The translations under genes and the position numbers were made by a program. The notes under the pieces were generated by a model. It saw only the letters and a list, made by a program, of their open reading frames with translations. It was not told the DNA's origin and did not search any database. DNA of 64,000 nucleotides, taken from Deltaproteobacteria bacterium. Its GTDB lineage: Bacteria > Bdellovibrionota > FAC87 > UBA2466. The stretch lies in NCBI GenBank assembly GCA_900299195.1, contig OMIX01000089.1:2892-66891 (forward strand). Reading direction: 5' to 3'. Each line of letters begins with the position of its first letter. Within the stretch, counting starts at the first letter, position 1. This document shows, one piece after another, positions 46,819 to 56,715 of the stretch.

Positions 46819-46876
46819 TCACATTCCCAAAAAACCTTTGTTGTCAGTATTTCAAAAATAGGCGATAAAACCTGAT

Positions 46877-48751
46877 ATGTGTGGAATCATCGGTTATATA
46901 GGTTTTCAAGATCCTAAAGGGATTCTTTTGGATGGACTTAAACGGTTGGAATACCGAGGATACGATTCTGCCGGAATTGCTATTCTTGAGGGAAATAAAA
47001 CTCTCTTATTCCGTTCTGAAGGTAGAATACAAAAATTGGAAAGTAAGCTGACTCAAGAGCACTTTCAAGGGCATTTGGGAATAGGGCATACTCGTTGGGC
47101 TACTCATGGAGCCCCTACTGAAAACAATGCTCACCCCCATCAAGCTGGCCCCATCACTTTAGTCCACAATGGAATATTGGAAAACTACTTAGACCACAAA
47201 CTTAATCTACAAAAAAACAAAGTTTCTTTCTCGAGTGATACCGACACTGAAGTGATTGCCCACCTCTTTCACCAAGAAATTCAATCGGGAATATCTCTCA
47301 AAGATGCGACCTTCAAAATTTTGCCTACCCTGAAGGGATCTTATGCTTTTGTTGTTATTCATGAAAATGAGCCTGATGTAGTAATAGGCACTGCTCAAGG
47401 AGCTCCGCTAATTATTGGACTAGGAGAGAAAGAGACTTTTCTAGCTTCTGACGTGCAAGCTATTTTGCATCGAACCAATAAAGTCATTTATCTCGAAGAG
47501 GGTCAAGTCGCCGTTTGCAAAAATAATCAAGTCGAGCTTTTTTCTCGAGAGGGTAAAAAACTCGTCCCTCAAATAAAAACTCTACAATGGTCAGCGGAAC
47601 AAATGGAAAAAGCTGGCTATCGACACTACATGCTCAAGGAAATCCACGAGCAATCCCAGGCCATTGCCAACACCATCTCGGGCCACATGGAATCCGTAAG
47701 TGGCACTATTCAAATTCCTGAGATCCTGAAAATCAAAGACAAGCTTAAGACCCTTAACAGAATCTCTATTGTTGCCTGTGGAACTGCAAGACATGCAGGA
47801 CTTGTAGGAAAATATTATTTTGAAAAACTTTCAAGAATCTCAACCGACGTCGATTTTGGATCCGAGTTTAGATATCGACAACCCATCTTAGATAAAAACT
47901 CGTTAACTATTTTAATTTCTCAATCAGGCGAAACAGCAGACACTTTGGCTGGACTTAGAGAGTCAAAATCTCAAGGAGTAGCCACCTTATCCATCTGTAA
48001 TGTGAGAGAAAGTTCTCTGGCTCGAGAATCGGATTTGGTTCTTTACACCAATGCAGGCCCCGAAATTGGAGTAGCTTCCACGAAAGCCTTCACCACGCAA
48101 TTAACCATGCTTTACATGTTGGCGGTTCAGCTAGGAGAAATTCGAGGCACCATTACCAAGGAATATGCCAAAGAATTAGCAACCGATTTGATGCATCTCC
48201 CCCACCTGGTAGACCAAACTTTAAGGCTCGAAAATAAAGTTGAAGAGATTGCACAAAGTTTTCAAGACCATCCGTTTTTCTTCTACATGGGGAGAGATTG
48301 CTTGTACCCCATTGCTCTAGAAGGAGCGCTAAAACTTAAAGAGATCAGTTACGCACATGCAGAGGGGTATCCAGCTGGCGAATTAAAACATGGACCTATT
48401 GCTTTGATTGATCGGCAAGCTGCTGTGATTGTTCTTGCGCCTCGAAATAAAGCGCCGGAAACCCAAACGGATCTGAATGATTTTGATCACAATATTCTGT
48501 TTGATAAAATTTTAAGTAATCTTCAACAAGTAAAAGCTCGAGGGGGACAAATTTTGACAGTGGGAAGTGAAGAAGACTCTCTTTTTCCGAAAGAATCTAA
48601 ATATTTTATAGGTCTACCGAAATGTTCTTGGGCACTTAATCCTATTTTGACCACCCTGCCACTTCAGTTGTTGGCTTATCACATTGCCTCTCTAAGAGGA
48701 ACTGACGTCGATAAACCCAGAAACCTAGCCAAAAGTGTTACGGTAGAATAA
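46877..48751 (+). CDS. glmS: glutamine--fructose-6-phosphate aminotransferase
   Basis: 'MCGIIGYIG' N-terminal nucleophile, two SIS domains, C-terminal 'KSVTVE'. Confidence 0.9.
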   Translation: MCGIIGYIGFQDPKGILLDGLKRLEYRGYDSAGIAILEGNKTLLFRSEGRIQKLESKLTQEHFQGHLGIGHTRWATHGAPTENNAHPHQAGPITLVHNGILENYLDHKLNLQKNKVSFSSDTDTEVIAHLFHQEIQSGISLKDATFKILPTLKGSYAFVVIHENEPDVVIGTAQGAPLIIGLGEKETFLASDVQAILHRTNKVIYLEEGQVAVCKNNQVELFSREGKKLVPQIKTLQWSAEQMEKAGYRHYMLKEIHEQSQAIANTISGHMESVSGTIQIPEILKIKDKLKTLNRISIVACGTARHAGLVGKYYFEKLSRISTDVDFGSEFRYRQPILDKNSLTILISQSGETADTLAGLRESKSQGVATLSICNVRESSLARESDLVLYTNAGPEIGVASTKAFTTQLTMLYMLAVQLGEIRGTITKEYAKELATDLMHLPHLVDQTLRLENKVEEIAQSFQDHPFFFYMGRDCLYPIALEGALKLKEISYAHAEGYPAGELKHGPIALIDRQAAVIVLAPRNKAPETQTDLNDFDHNILFDKILSNLQQVKARGGQILTVGSEEDSLFPKESKYFIGLPKCSWALNPILTTLPLQLLAYHIASLRGTDVDKPRNLAKSVTVE

Positions 48752-48800
48752 GAGGCTTTGCTTTTATTTAGCGTTCAGCTTTTCCTGAATATACTAAAAG

Positions 48801-49922
48801 TTACTCATAACCCAGACTTTTTAGTTTTAAAGTAACCCTCTGGATAAACCAGTTTCCCAACTTAATCCCTGGTTCTTCAATTAAAACATGGATGAAACTT
48901 GCCACACTGAAAGACACTGCTACCAACAAAATAAAATGAACCAAACTTCCAAAGTTAGACCCAGTTAAGTACTGGGTAAGACCTATTTTTTGAAACAAAT
49001 AGATAATGGCAAAATGAAATAAATATATTCCATAGCTCTGCCTGCCTAGTTTCACAGTTACAAAATTTACGAAAATAACGACTTGATGTAGGGACAGGAA
49101 CATTACGAATATTGAGATAGCTATAGCATCAACAACCCATTGAGGCATAAACAATGGTGATCCAAAGGGTAAGTAAGACCGGAAAACAGTGATTATAAAG
49201 ATGAATCCACCAATCCAGTAAAATCTAACCTTTCTGATCCCGTTTTTTAAAAAACAAAAAGTGATAATTCCGATTAGAAATACCGGAAACTGCGCCAGGA
49301 AATTTAAATAACAAAAATCTCTAACCAGATATTGCTGATTAACAGGATAATTAAATAAACCCATGATGAAAGGCTCACTCATCTTAAGTATCCATAGACT
49401 TGAGAAGAACATTAAAATTGCAAACACGGGAGACCTAACTTCTGATAACAAAAAGGGCACAAGCAAATAGAAAAAAGCTTCATTTGCTATCGACCATCCT
49501 CCAGGTACCAACGAGTTTATTGTTAAAGGATTAAATCCGTGCAAAAATGTTGCGGTAAGAAAAATGTCCCATCTATTTACTCCCATAGGAGCTGAATATC
49601 TAGGTTTCAATCCATTCAAAATAAGAAAAATCACTATCGCTAGATAAAACAGCGGGGCAATCCTAAAAACCCTTTTTAGATAAAAGTTTAATTTGGGGAA
49701 TCTTTCACTAGCCATTTTTGAATACCAGGACATGCAAATAGCAATAGCAGATACAATGAAAAACAATTGGACTCCTAGCATTCCTTTTTTCATTATTCGA
49801 TTTAATAATTCATTTGTGGGAACAGCATATTGACTAGAATGGACAAGAACGACAGCCAAAATGGCTAATCCCTTAAGAGCATCAAGATAGGGATACTTTT
49901 TTATATCCATTGAATAACCCAT
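48801..49922 (-). CDS. acyltransferase family 3 membrane O-acyltransferase (OafA/NolL-like)
   Basis: 10 or more TM helices; acyltransferase-3 N-terminal pattern 'LDALKGLAILAVVLVHS'; flanked by a 35-bp direct repeat. Confidence 0.75.
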   Translation of the reverse strand: MGYSMDIKKYPYLDALKGLAILAVVLVHSSQYAVPTNELLNRIMKKGMLGVQLFFIVSAIAICMSWYSKMASERFPKLNFYLKRVFRIAPLFYLAIVIFLILNGLKPRYSAPMGVNRWDIFLTATFLHGFNPLTINSLVPGGWSIANEAFFYLLVPFLLSEVRSPVFAILMFFSSLWILKMSEPFIMGLFNYPVNQQYLVRDFCYLNFLAQFPVFLIGIITFCFLKNGIRKVRFYWIGGFIFIITVFRSYLPFGSPLFMPQWVVDAIAISIFVMFLSLHQVVIFVNFVTVKLGRQSYGIYLFHFAIIYLFQKIGLTQYLTGSNFGSLVHFILLVAVSFSVASFIHVLIEEPGIKLGNWFIQRVTLKLKSLGYE

Positions 49923-50002
49923 TCTTACTTAGAGTTGCTGTAGCTAAAGTAGATAGGAAGTAGCGCCAGAAACCTAGCCAAAAGTGTTACGGTGGAATAA
50001 CT

Positions 50003-50800
50003 TTAAGCGACTTGAGGGAGGTCTTTTTCCTTGCTGTAAAGATCTAACATCTCACTTGCAGATCCCAAGGCAATTACTTTGCCTTGCTTCATGTAAACTC
50101 CTCGATTACAAAGCTTGTTAACGGCTTTTTCATCGTGACTCACAAACAAAATGGTACGACCGCTATTAGCTACAGAACGCATTTTATTTATGCATTTGTT
50201 TTGAAAGGCTGTATCTCCAACTGCTAACACTTCATCTACAAACAAAATAGGTTGATCCAAATGAGCTGCGACAGAAAACGCCAATCGAACGTACATCCCT
50301 GAGGAGTAATGCTTAATTGGAGTATCGATAAATTTTTCGACTTCAGAAAAATCTACAATGGCATCAAACTTAGCTTGAATTTCTCTTCTTCTCATTCCTA
50401 AGATCGCACCATTGAGAAAAATATTTTCTCTTCCTGAAAGCTCAGCATGAAATCCGGTTCCCACTTCCAACAAAGCCGAAGATTTTCCCCTGATGACAGC
50501 TCTACCCTCAGTAGGAAAAGTGATTCGAGAGAGAATTTTTAAAAGGGTCGATTTGCCACATCCGTTGCGACCAATCAATCCTACAATCTCACCCGGCTGC
50601 ACAGAGAAAGAGACATCTTTTAACGCCCAAATATAATCGTTGGAATTTTCGTTTTGCTTATTCCCTTTTAACATTCCTATCGGTCCATTCTCTCTAAGAT
50701 TTTTAGAAAACCTATTAAGAACTTCTCTGATTGAAGTCGTACCGATGACACCCAGGCGATACTGTTTGGAAATATTTTGAACTTCAATTATTGGCTTCAT
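50003..50800 (-). CDS. polysaccharide/teichoic-acid-type ABC exporter ATP-binding protein (Wzt/TagH-like)
   Basis: Walker A 'GRNGCGKST', signature 'YSSGM', Walker B 'LFVDE'. Confidence 0.8.
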   Translation of the reverse strand: MKPIIEVQNISKQYRLGVIGTTSIREVLNRFSKNLRENGPIGMLKGNKQNENSNDYIWALKDVSFSVQPGEIVGLIGRNGCGKSTLLKILSRITFPTEGRAVIRGKSSALLEVGTGFHAELSGRENIFLNGAILGMRRREIQAKFDAIVDFSEVEKFIDTPIKHYSSGMYVRLAFSVAAHLDQPILFVDEVLAVGDTAFQNKCINKMRSVANSGRTILFVSHDEKAVNKLCNRGVYMKQGKVIALGSASEMLDLYSKEKDLPQVA

Positions 50801-50803
50801 AAA

Positions 50804-51691
50804 TTAAATAATATCAACAAAGTCTCTTTCTACTCGGTTAAACATCATCAACCCCAACACCACAGAAACCATAGAAACGATTAAGGATACGAATAAATAT
50901 GACACTTCCAAGGCAGAGGTCCCTAAAAAAACATGACGAAACGTATCTACCACTGCAATGAGGGGGTTAAAAACCGTTAAATAATAGAAACGTTCTGGAA
51001 TTTTACTTACAGGATAAACCACTGGGGTCGCATAAAACCATAACTGAATAAAAAACCCTAAGACATGAGTTAGGTCTTTATATTTCACCGTAATAGCTGC
51101 AAACATCAGCCCTAAACCTAAACACATCGCAGAAGTAATGAGGAGAAGCAAGGGAGTCAAAGCCACGATCTTAATGAGATCGGGATGAATGATATTTCCT
51201 GCCGCAGTAAATAATTTATAAAAAATAAGCAACCCCATAAAAACTAGGAGTTGAGTAAAAAAAATCAATGATTTTGAAATCACCACAGAAAGAGGCATTA
51301 CAAGTCTAGGAAAGTAAACCTTTTGAAAAATATAAGCATTGGCAATTAACACATCCGCAGTTTGTTGAAAGGCAACTGAGAAATAGCCCCAAATGACTAA
51401 CCCGCTAAAATAAAAAAGAAGGTGAGGAATTTCATCCGTTGACATCCCTCCTAGTTTTCCAAAAACGGCAGTTAAAACTCCTGACATCATAATAGGTTGT
51501 ACGATGTACCAAATGGGTCCAAGAATGGTTTGGCGATAACGAGCTATAAACTCTTTTTGTACAAAGAGAGTAATCAAATCTCTAAATTGCCACAACTCTA
51601 CCCAATCGATTCTGAACCACTGATAATTGGCGTCAATTACCGTAGTTGAATTGAGACGGTCCGAGTAGACCTTTTTCAAATATGCGCGCAT
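50804..51691 (-). CDS. ABC-2 type polysaccharide exporter permease (Wzm-like)
   Basis: 6-TM ABC-2 permease; 4-nt spacing to the ATPase gene. Confidence 0.75.
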   Translation of the reverse strand: MRAYLKKVYSDRLNSTTVIDANYQWFRIDWVELWQFRDLITLFVQKEFIARYRQTILGPIWYIVQPIMMSGVLTAVFGKLGGMSTDEIPHLLFYFSGLVIWGYFSVAFQQTADVLIANAYIFQKVYFPRLVMPLSVVISKSLIFFTQLLVFMGLLIFYKLFTAAGNIIHPDLIKIVALTPLLLLITSAMCLGLGLMFAAITVKYKDLTHVLGFFIQLWFYATPVVYPVSKIPERFYYLTVFNPLIAVVDTFRHVFLGTSALEVSYLFVSLIVSMVSVVLGLMMFNRVERDFVDII

Positions 51692-51802
51692 GAGCCAAGT
51701 TTGTTGTTATTAGGAAATTAAGAAGATTCATTTATTATCCTACATTTAGCGAGATTGTATAAGCTAAAATTTGATTTGCAGCGAGGCAACGTGCCTAACA
51801 CA

Positions 51803-54034
51803 CTAAGGCCACAAACGCGCCATGGCCTGAGAAGCCCCAGCTATTCCGCTGAGAACAAGTTGGATGCCATCTAAAATAATGCGGTTGGCCGCAGAGTTCC
51901 CTTGAGTAAAACTGACTGTTTTTAGATGGTTTCCATCATTAATAAAATTACCATTAGATTGATACCTTTTGATCAACATTTGATTGGATGCAGTTCCAAC
52001 TATCAAAATCTGACCAGCTGAATCAACTTCAATATCTTTGGCTTCTGTACTTATAGTATCGGTGATGAGACCTGAGCTTCCAAACGTAGTGTCCAAACCC
52101 AGGTTGGTATTCAGCCTGATCACCGCTAGTTGGGAACCGTTAGTTCCAGCGAGTAAAATTTTTCCAGAAGCATTAAAGGCGATTGGATTGACTGTACCTT
52201 GACCAAATTGAGACAGAGTCAAAGTAGGTGGCAAATTAGCCGGATCAAATCGGGTCACTGACATTTTTGAATCAGAAGAAGTGCCCCCTATCACAATATT
52301 TCCAGAGCCGTCCTTCTTAATGCGGGTGGCCAAAGCAGAAAAGGTAGGGTTCACCAGGTTATTAGGATCCATGGCCCCGGTGACTTTCGGCACAAAGATA
52401 AAATTAAATTTGTTCCCTACCAGAACCAAGTTTCCAACATTAGTAGTTTCAATTCCAATGAGCTCGTCATCTAATGCCATCAGATCTCGGGTTTGTACTG
52501 GAAAATCAGAATTGAGTACCAGATCATTACCCATCAAATTAAGTTTTCCATATAACCAATCCTTCCCCGAACTTCCTCCAAAATCGGCCCAGCCAGCAAA
52601 ATAAACATCGGACCCCTCAATCACCATGGAGTTAATACGCGAGGAGTTACCTATGGTATCACTCACATTGAACTCAGACTTAACGGCACCCGTATCTCTG
52701 TCTACCAAAGCTAAATAGCCCCTCTCAACTGAAGAAACGATTTTGTATCCAGCAATCAAATAGCCCTCAGAAATTTTAATGATCGACAAGATTTCTCCAG
52801 GTGAAAGAGCCAACTTGCCATCACTACTAAAAGCAGTGTCCAACACTAAGTGAGTGACGTTAAGGGTAGCCGTAGCGTTAGTTAATCCAGTCGAGCTTCC
52901 AGTGAGAGTCACGCTAGTTACTGCGATAGAGGTGACTTTAAAGAACAGTGCCGCTGAAGGCGACGCACTGCTGATCCCCACCGAAGTTCTAATGTTACTT
53001 CCACTTTGACAATCACTTAAGCTTGTAAAAAACTGACCGTTCCCGCCTGAAGATAAGCTCACGGTCTTATTGTTCTCACTAAACGCATTCCCCAACCCAT
53101 CTCTCGATGTGATAGTGAACGAGCCACTACACACACCGACGTTTAAGGTGGCGGGTGCGGAATCAAAAGTTAACGCGGTAGCCGTTCGGGTCACAGCGAT
53201 AGTGGCTGTTCCATTTGAAACTATCGGATCACTTACTGCCAAAGAAGAAGTGATGACTCTCGAATTGGTATTTATGCTTGTGACTTTAAAAGAAAGATTA
53301 CCCGTTGTGGTATTATTCTCAGGAATGCTGACTGAGGTCGTTTCATTAACACAATCATTCCCAGTATAAAATTTGGCTTCGAAATTAACTCCTAAGCTAA
53401 TCTGGGTTTCAGTTCCTCGGGTAAATGGGTTACCCAGTCCATCGATACTTGTCACCGTAAGTCCACTCGCACAAACACCAACATTAGCCGAATTGGGATT
53501 CCCATTAAACCTAAGGGCCGTAACTACCCTCTTAACCTCCGAGCGGCCTATCTCGCTCGAAAATCCACGACTGCTAGCAGAAAAAGCGACAGGATTGCTG
53601 GTAGCTTGATTGTAATCGTAATTAGTTGGCTTATAGTAAATCAGTTTTCGACTTTCCCCAGCGTTCATGGGAATTGAAGTCATACTCGCGCCAGAACAAT
53701 TGGAAGTAGTATAAAAATTCCCCCCTTGCCCCGTGGCTTCGAGATTCACAACTATAGAACTTTTAAGTCGAACTTCAATAGAGCTTCCTCGATTCACTGC
53801 AGTTGCCACGCTCACATCCACGGGCTCACAGAGGGTCAGTCCGAGTTCCGCTTTTCTTGATTTGATAAGAATACGACTGGGTAACAATGCCGGATCCTCT
53901 GAAAAATTGAGTGCCTGCTTTTGGGGAGCTTTTTCCTCATCAAAAGACATGAAACCAAACTGACAAGAGGTTAAGACAAAGGTAAGAAGAAGAGCTAAAA
54001 GACGATTTAGGAATGTTAAAAACGTGCTTTTCAT
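51803..54034 (-). CDS. large secreted protein with tandem Ig-like repeats and a C-terminal beta-propeller-like region
   Basis: Signal peptide; repeated ~100-aa units ('ALRFNGNPNSANVGVCASGLTVTSIDGLGNPF' / 'ALTFDSAPATLNVGVCSGSFTITSRDGLGNAF'); Gly/Ser/Thr/Asn-rich. Confidence 0.55.
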   Translation of the reverse strand: MKSTFLTFLNRLLALLLTFVLTSCQFGFMSFDEEKAPQKQALNFSEDPALLPSRILIKSRKAELGLTLCEPVDVSVATAVNRGSSIEVRLKSSIVVNLEATGQGGNFYTTSNCSGASMTSIPMNAGESRKLIYYKPTNYDYNQATSNPVAFSASSRGFSSEIGRSEVKRVVTALRFNGNPNSANVGVCASGLTVTSIDGLGNPFTRGTETQISLGVNFEAKFYTGNDCVNETTSVSIPENNTTTGNLSFKVTSINTNSRVITSSLAVSDPIVSNGTATIAVTRTATALTFDSAPATLNVGVCSGSFTITSRDGLGNAFSENNKTVSLSSGGNGQFFTSLSDCQSGSNIRTSVGISSASPSAALFFKVTSIAVTSVTLTGSSTGLTNATATLNVTHLVLDTAFSSDGKLALSPGEILSIIKISEGYLIAGYKIVSSVERGYLALVDRDTGAVKSEFNVSDTIGNSSRINSMVIEGSDVYFAGWADFGGSSGKDWLYGKLNLMGNDLVLNSDFPVQTRDLMALDDELIGIETTNVGNLVLVGNKFNFIFVPKVTGAMDPNNLVNPTFSALATRIKKDGSGNIVIGGTSSDSKMSVTRFDPANLPPTLTLSQFGQGTVNPIAFNASGKILLAGTNGSQLAVIRLNTNLGLDTTFGSSGLITDTISTEAKDIEVDSAGQILIVGTASNQMLIKRYQSNGNFINDGNHLKTVSFTQGNSAANRIILDGIQLVLSGIAGASQAMARLWP

Positions 54035-54405
54035 CGACCGACTACGCCCCTCAATACACTATGATTCACGATTGAGAGGTCCAATTAACATGCCAACAAA
54101 ACTGACAACTGTCTCATCCTTAGTCAGCCAAGCAACTCTGAGTGATTTTGAAGTTCGGAAATTAAGCAACTAATTCAACAACTAAGAAATCACTAAAAAC
54201 AACTCGCAATTATGTCGAACAAATCACATTTATGACTTTTTGAAAATCGTCGAAGAACTATACATTCGGGTTTCGGAAAATGCTAAAACCCTGAAATGAC
54301 TTCACTTTAAACATCTACCCTTTAGACACTCTTATAAAAATAAACTCTACTCACAAAATGAGAATGAATTTCTGATACTTAACTAAAATCATCGAAGAAA
54401 GTGTC

Positions 54406-55182
54406 CTAAAAATTGACACCAAAATCGACAAGAACTAAAGGTTTAAAACCGGTTCCTTTCAAATTCAAACTAGAAAATTCTGGATCACCTAGATACTGAA
54501 ATCCAGCCGCCAACCCCACAACCACTCCAATGTCCAATTTGAATCGGTAGCCCCCGGTCAATAATACCTGTAACTCGGTGGACTGTTGCTCGATACTCCC
54601 AGTCGAACTTGACATAAAAGCAAGTCCACCTGCGACCATAATCCAAAGTTCTTTAAAAAATCCTTTGGGATAGAAATTGCCCGTAAGAAGAATAGAGATC
54701 GAATTCAAAGATTTGGTTGAAGAATTAATATTCAAATAACTTGGCATCACACCCAGAGCAAATTCAGGCTCAACAATTCTTTGAAAGTGCAGGGAAGGAT
54801 ACAAAAATGATAAGCCAACAGTACCACTCAAAGTCAAAAGATGGAAAGGCTCTTTGGTAATCGGTAAACTACTAGTGACGATTTCGGGTTCCACCAATAT
54901 CGCAGGTTTTTTAATAGGCGTGCTGGCGATGACTTTATCTCCACGAGCAATTGATTCACTGCCCTCTTTAAGTCTTAAAATGCAAAAATTCTCTTTGACT
55001 CGAATGACATTTCCACAAGCAAACTCTTTTCCATCTTTAACAACACACAACTTGTCATTAAGTTGCCATCTTCGGGTCACATCGTGAGAAACAGCGACCA
55101 TTCGACTATCACTGCCCACTTTGATAACTTCAGCCCCCCACACAACTCCAGAGACTAATGAAATAAGAAAAATGAGTTTCAT
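54406..55182 (-). CDS. small outer-membrane beta-barrel protein with N-terminal Cys-containing domain
   Basis: Signal peptide; alternating hydrophobic beta pattern; C-terminal 'VDFGVNF' beta-signal ending in Phe; ATGA overlap with gmhB. Confidence 0.45.
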   Translation of the reverse strand: MKLIFLISLVSGVVWGAEVIKVGSDSRMVAVSHDVTRRWQLNDKLCVVKDGKEFACGNVIRVKENFCILRLKEGSESIARGDKVIASTPIKKPAILVEPEIVTSSLPITKEPFHLLTLSGTVGLSFLYPSLHFQRIVEPEFALGVMPSYLNINSSTKSLNSISILLTGNFYPKGFFKELWIMVAGGLAFMSSSTGSIEQQSTELQVLLTGGYRFKLDIGVVVGLAAGFQYLGDPEFSSLNLKGTGFKPLVLVDFGVNF

Positions 55183-55742
55183 GAGACTTTTATTTTTCTA
55201 TCAGGTACCGTTTGGGCCATCGCTAGCAAATCCGAAAAAATCTGATACTTATTATAACCCATTTTGCGTTGGAGTTCAGATAAGGTTTCACTCCCCTTTC
55301 CCGTCAGGACTAAACAACCCTTGCCCCCTAAATTATCAGCCAATTCCAAATCACACATTTTATCCCCTACAGTAAAACTGTCCTCCCAAGAAATCGAATG
55401 TTCACCAAACGTTTTAGGAATGAGCTCAATTCCTGGTTTGCGACAAAAACACTTATCTTCAGGAGTGTGAAAGCAATAAGCAAAGCCATCTACTCGGCAT
55501 TGAAAATCGGAAAGATGAGCACAGAACTTCTCATGAACTTTTTTAAATTCGAGGTCCGAGATCAAACCTCGCCCAACCCCCGATTGATTACTCACCACAA
55601 AAAGTAGATACCCTTTTTCTCTTAAGAGCCTCAACCCTTCGACGGCATTGGGAAGTAATTTTACCTTGTCCGGATCTTTCGGATAGTGTTGGTCCTCAAT
55701 CAGAGTCCCGTCTCGATCCAGAAAAATAGCTGCTAACTTCAA
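55179..55742 (-). CDS. gmhB: D-glycero-D-manno-heptose 1,7-bisphosphate phosphatase
   Basis: 'IFLDRDGTLIED', zinc-binding Cys cluster 'CFHTPEDKCFCRKP', 'GDKMCDLE'. Confidence 0.8.
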   Translation of the reverse strand: MKLAAIFLDRDGTLIEDQHYPKDPDKVKLLPNAVEGLRLLREKGYLLFVVSNQSGVGRGLISDLEFKKVHEKFCAHLSDFQCRVDGFAYCFHTPEDKCFCRKPGIELIPKTFGEHSISWEDSFTVGDKMCDLELADNLGGKGCLVLTGKGSETLSELQRKMGYNKYQIFSDLLAMAQTVPDRKIKVS

Positions 55743-55766
55743 AAGACTTACCCCTTACCGGTACGC

Positions 55767-56657
55767 TTAATTGAGACTTTCTGAGAACTGTTCCACTTTT
55801 TGAGAAACTTCTGCGATTCGCTGACACCCTACCATTAAGTTTTCCAAATGCTTAAGCGGCCAGGCATTAGTAGCATCTGATAAAGCTTGAGAAGGATTGG
55901 GATGAGTTTCAGCAAAAAAACCGGTGACACCCACCGCGGCCCCGGCTCTCGCCAAATGGGGAATAGCCTCTCGTAGCCCAGCCGTAGATTCTCCAAGTCC
56001 CCCAGGAAGTTGAACCGAGTGAGTAATATCAAGTATCAGTTCCGCACCCAATTTTTCCATCTCAGAAAAGCCTGAGAAATCTACTACCAATCGTTGGTAA
56101 CCAAAAGAAACGCCTCGCTCGGTTATCCAAAACCCCTGGGCTTTAAATTCCTCTAATTTATTTAAAATTTGTTTAACGTTGGCAGGACTTAAAAACTGCC
56201 CTTTCTTTACATTGACACATTTGCCAGTCTTGCTGGCAGCCTCTAGGAGGTCGGTTTGTCGACATAGAAAAGCTGGGATCTGCAAAACGTCCGCTACTTC
56301 CGCTACTGGTTTGGCCTGATGGGTCTCATGAATATCGGTAACAATGGGAAGTCCAAATTCTTTTTTTACCCAAGATAATTCTTTAAGCCCCTCTTCAATC
56401 CCCAAACCTCGATAGCTTTTGTGAGAGGTTCGGTTGGCTTTATCAAAAGACGCTTTAAAAACTACCGGAATTTTATGTTTTTCAGAGATTGTCTTCACGC
56501 TCTCAGCAATGGTCCTTAAAACTTCTCGACTCTCGATAACGCAAGGTCCAACGAACCAGAAGGGATTCCTTTGACCTCCCTCTTGTAGCTTATTTTTGAA
56601 GTCAAACATGAAGGTTAACCTACCTTGCCATTCCCGTTCTATCAAGCCTCTAAGCAA
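55767..56657 (-). CDS. kdsA: 3-deoxy-8-phosphooctulonate (KDO-8-P) synthase
   Basis: 'FKASFDKANRTSHKSYRGLGIEEGLK', 'IPAFLCRQTDLLEA' closely match E. coli KdsA. Confidence 0.85.
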   Translation of the reverse strand: MLRGLIEREWQGRLTFMFDFKNKLQEGGQRNPFWFVGPCVIESREVLRTIAESVKTISEKHKIPVVFKASFDKANRTSHKSYRGLGIEEGLKELSWVKKEFGLPIVTDIHETHQAKPVAEVADVLQIPAFLCRQTDLLEAASKTGKCVNVKKGQFLSPANVKQILNKLEEFKAQGFWITERGVSFGYQRLVVDFSGFSEMEKLGAELILDITHSVQLPGGLGESTAGLREAIPHLARAGAAVGVTGFFAETHPNPSQALSDATNAWPLKHLENLMVGCQRIAEVSQKVEQFSESLN

Positions 56658-56715
56658 TCACAGATAAATTAGCTCGTTTTTGCAGTTTTTTTAACTTTAG
56701 GAAGAGCCATTTTTA

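Noticed and set aside
46877-50000. Tn7-like or CRISPR-associated transposon at the glmS attachment site
   Set aside because: The insert downstream of glmS is only about 1.2 kb, carries just an acyltransferase, has no tnsABCD-like genes, and has a 35-bp rather than 5-bp duplication.
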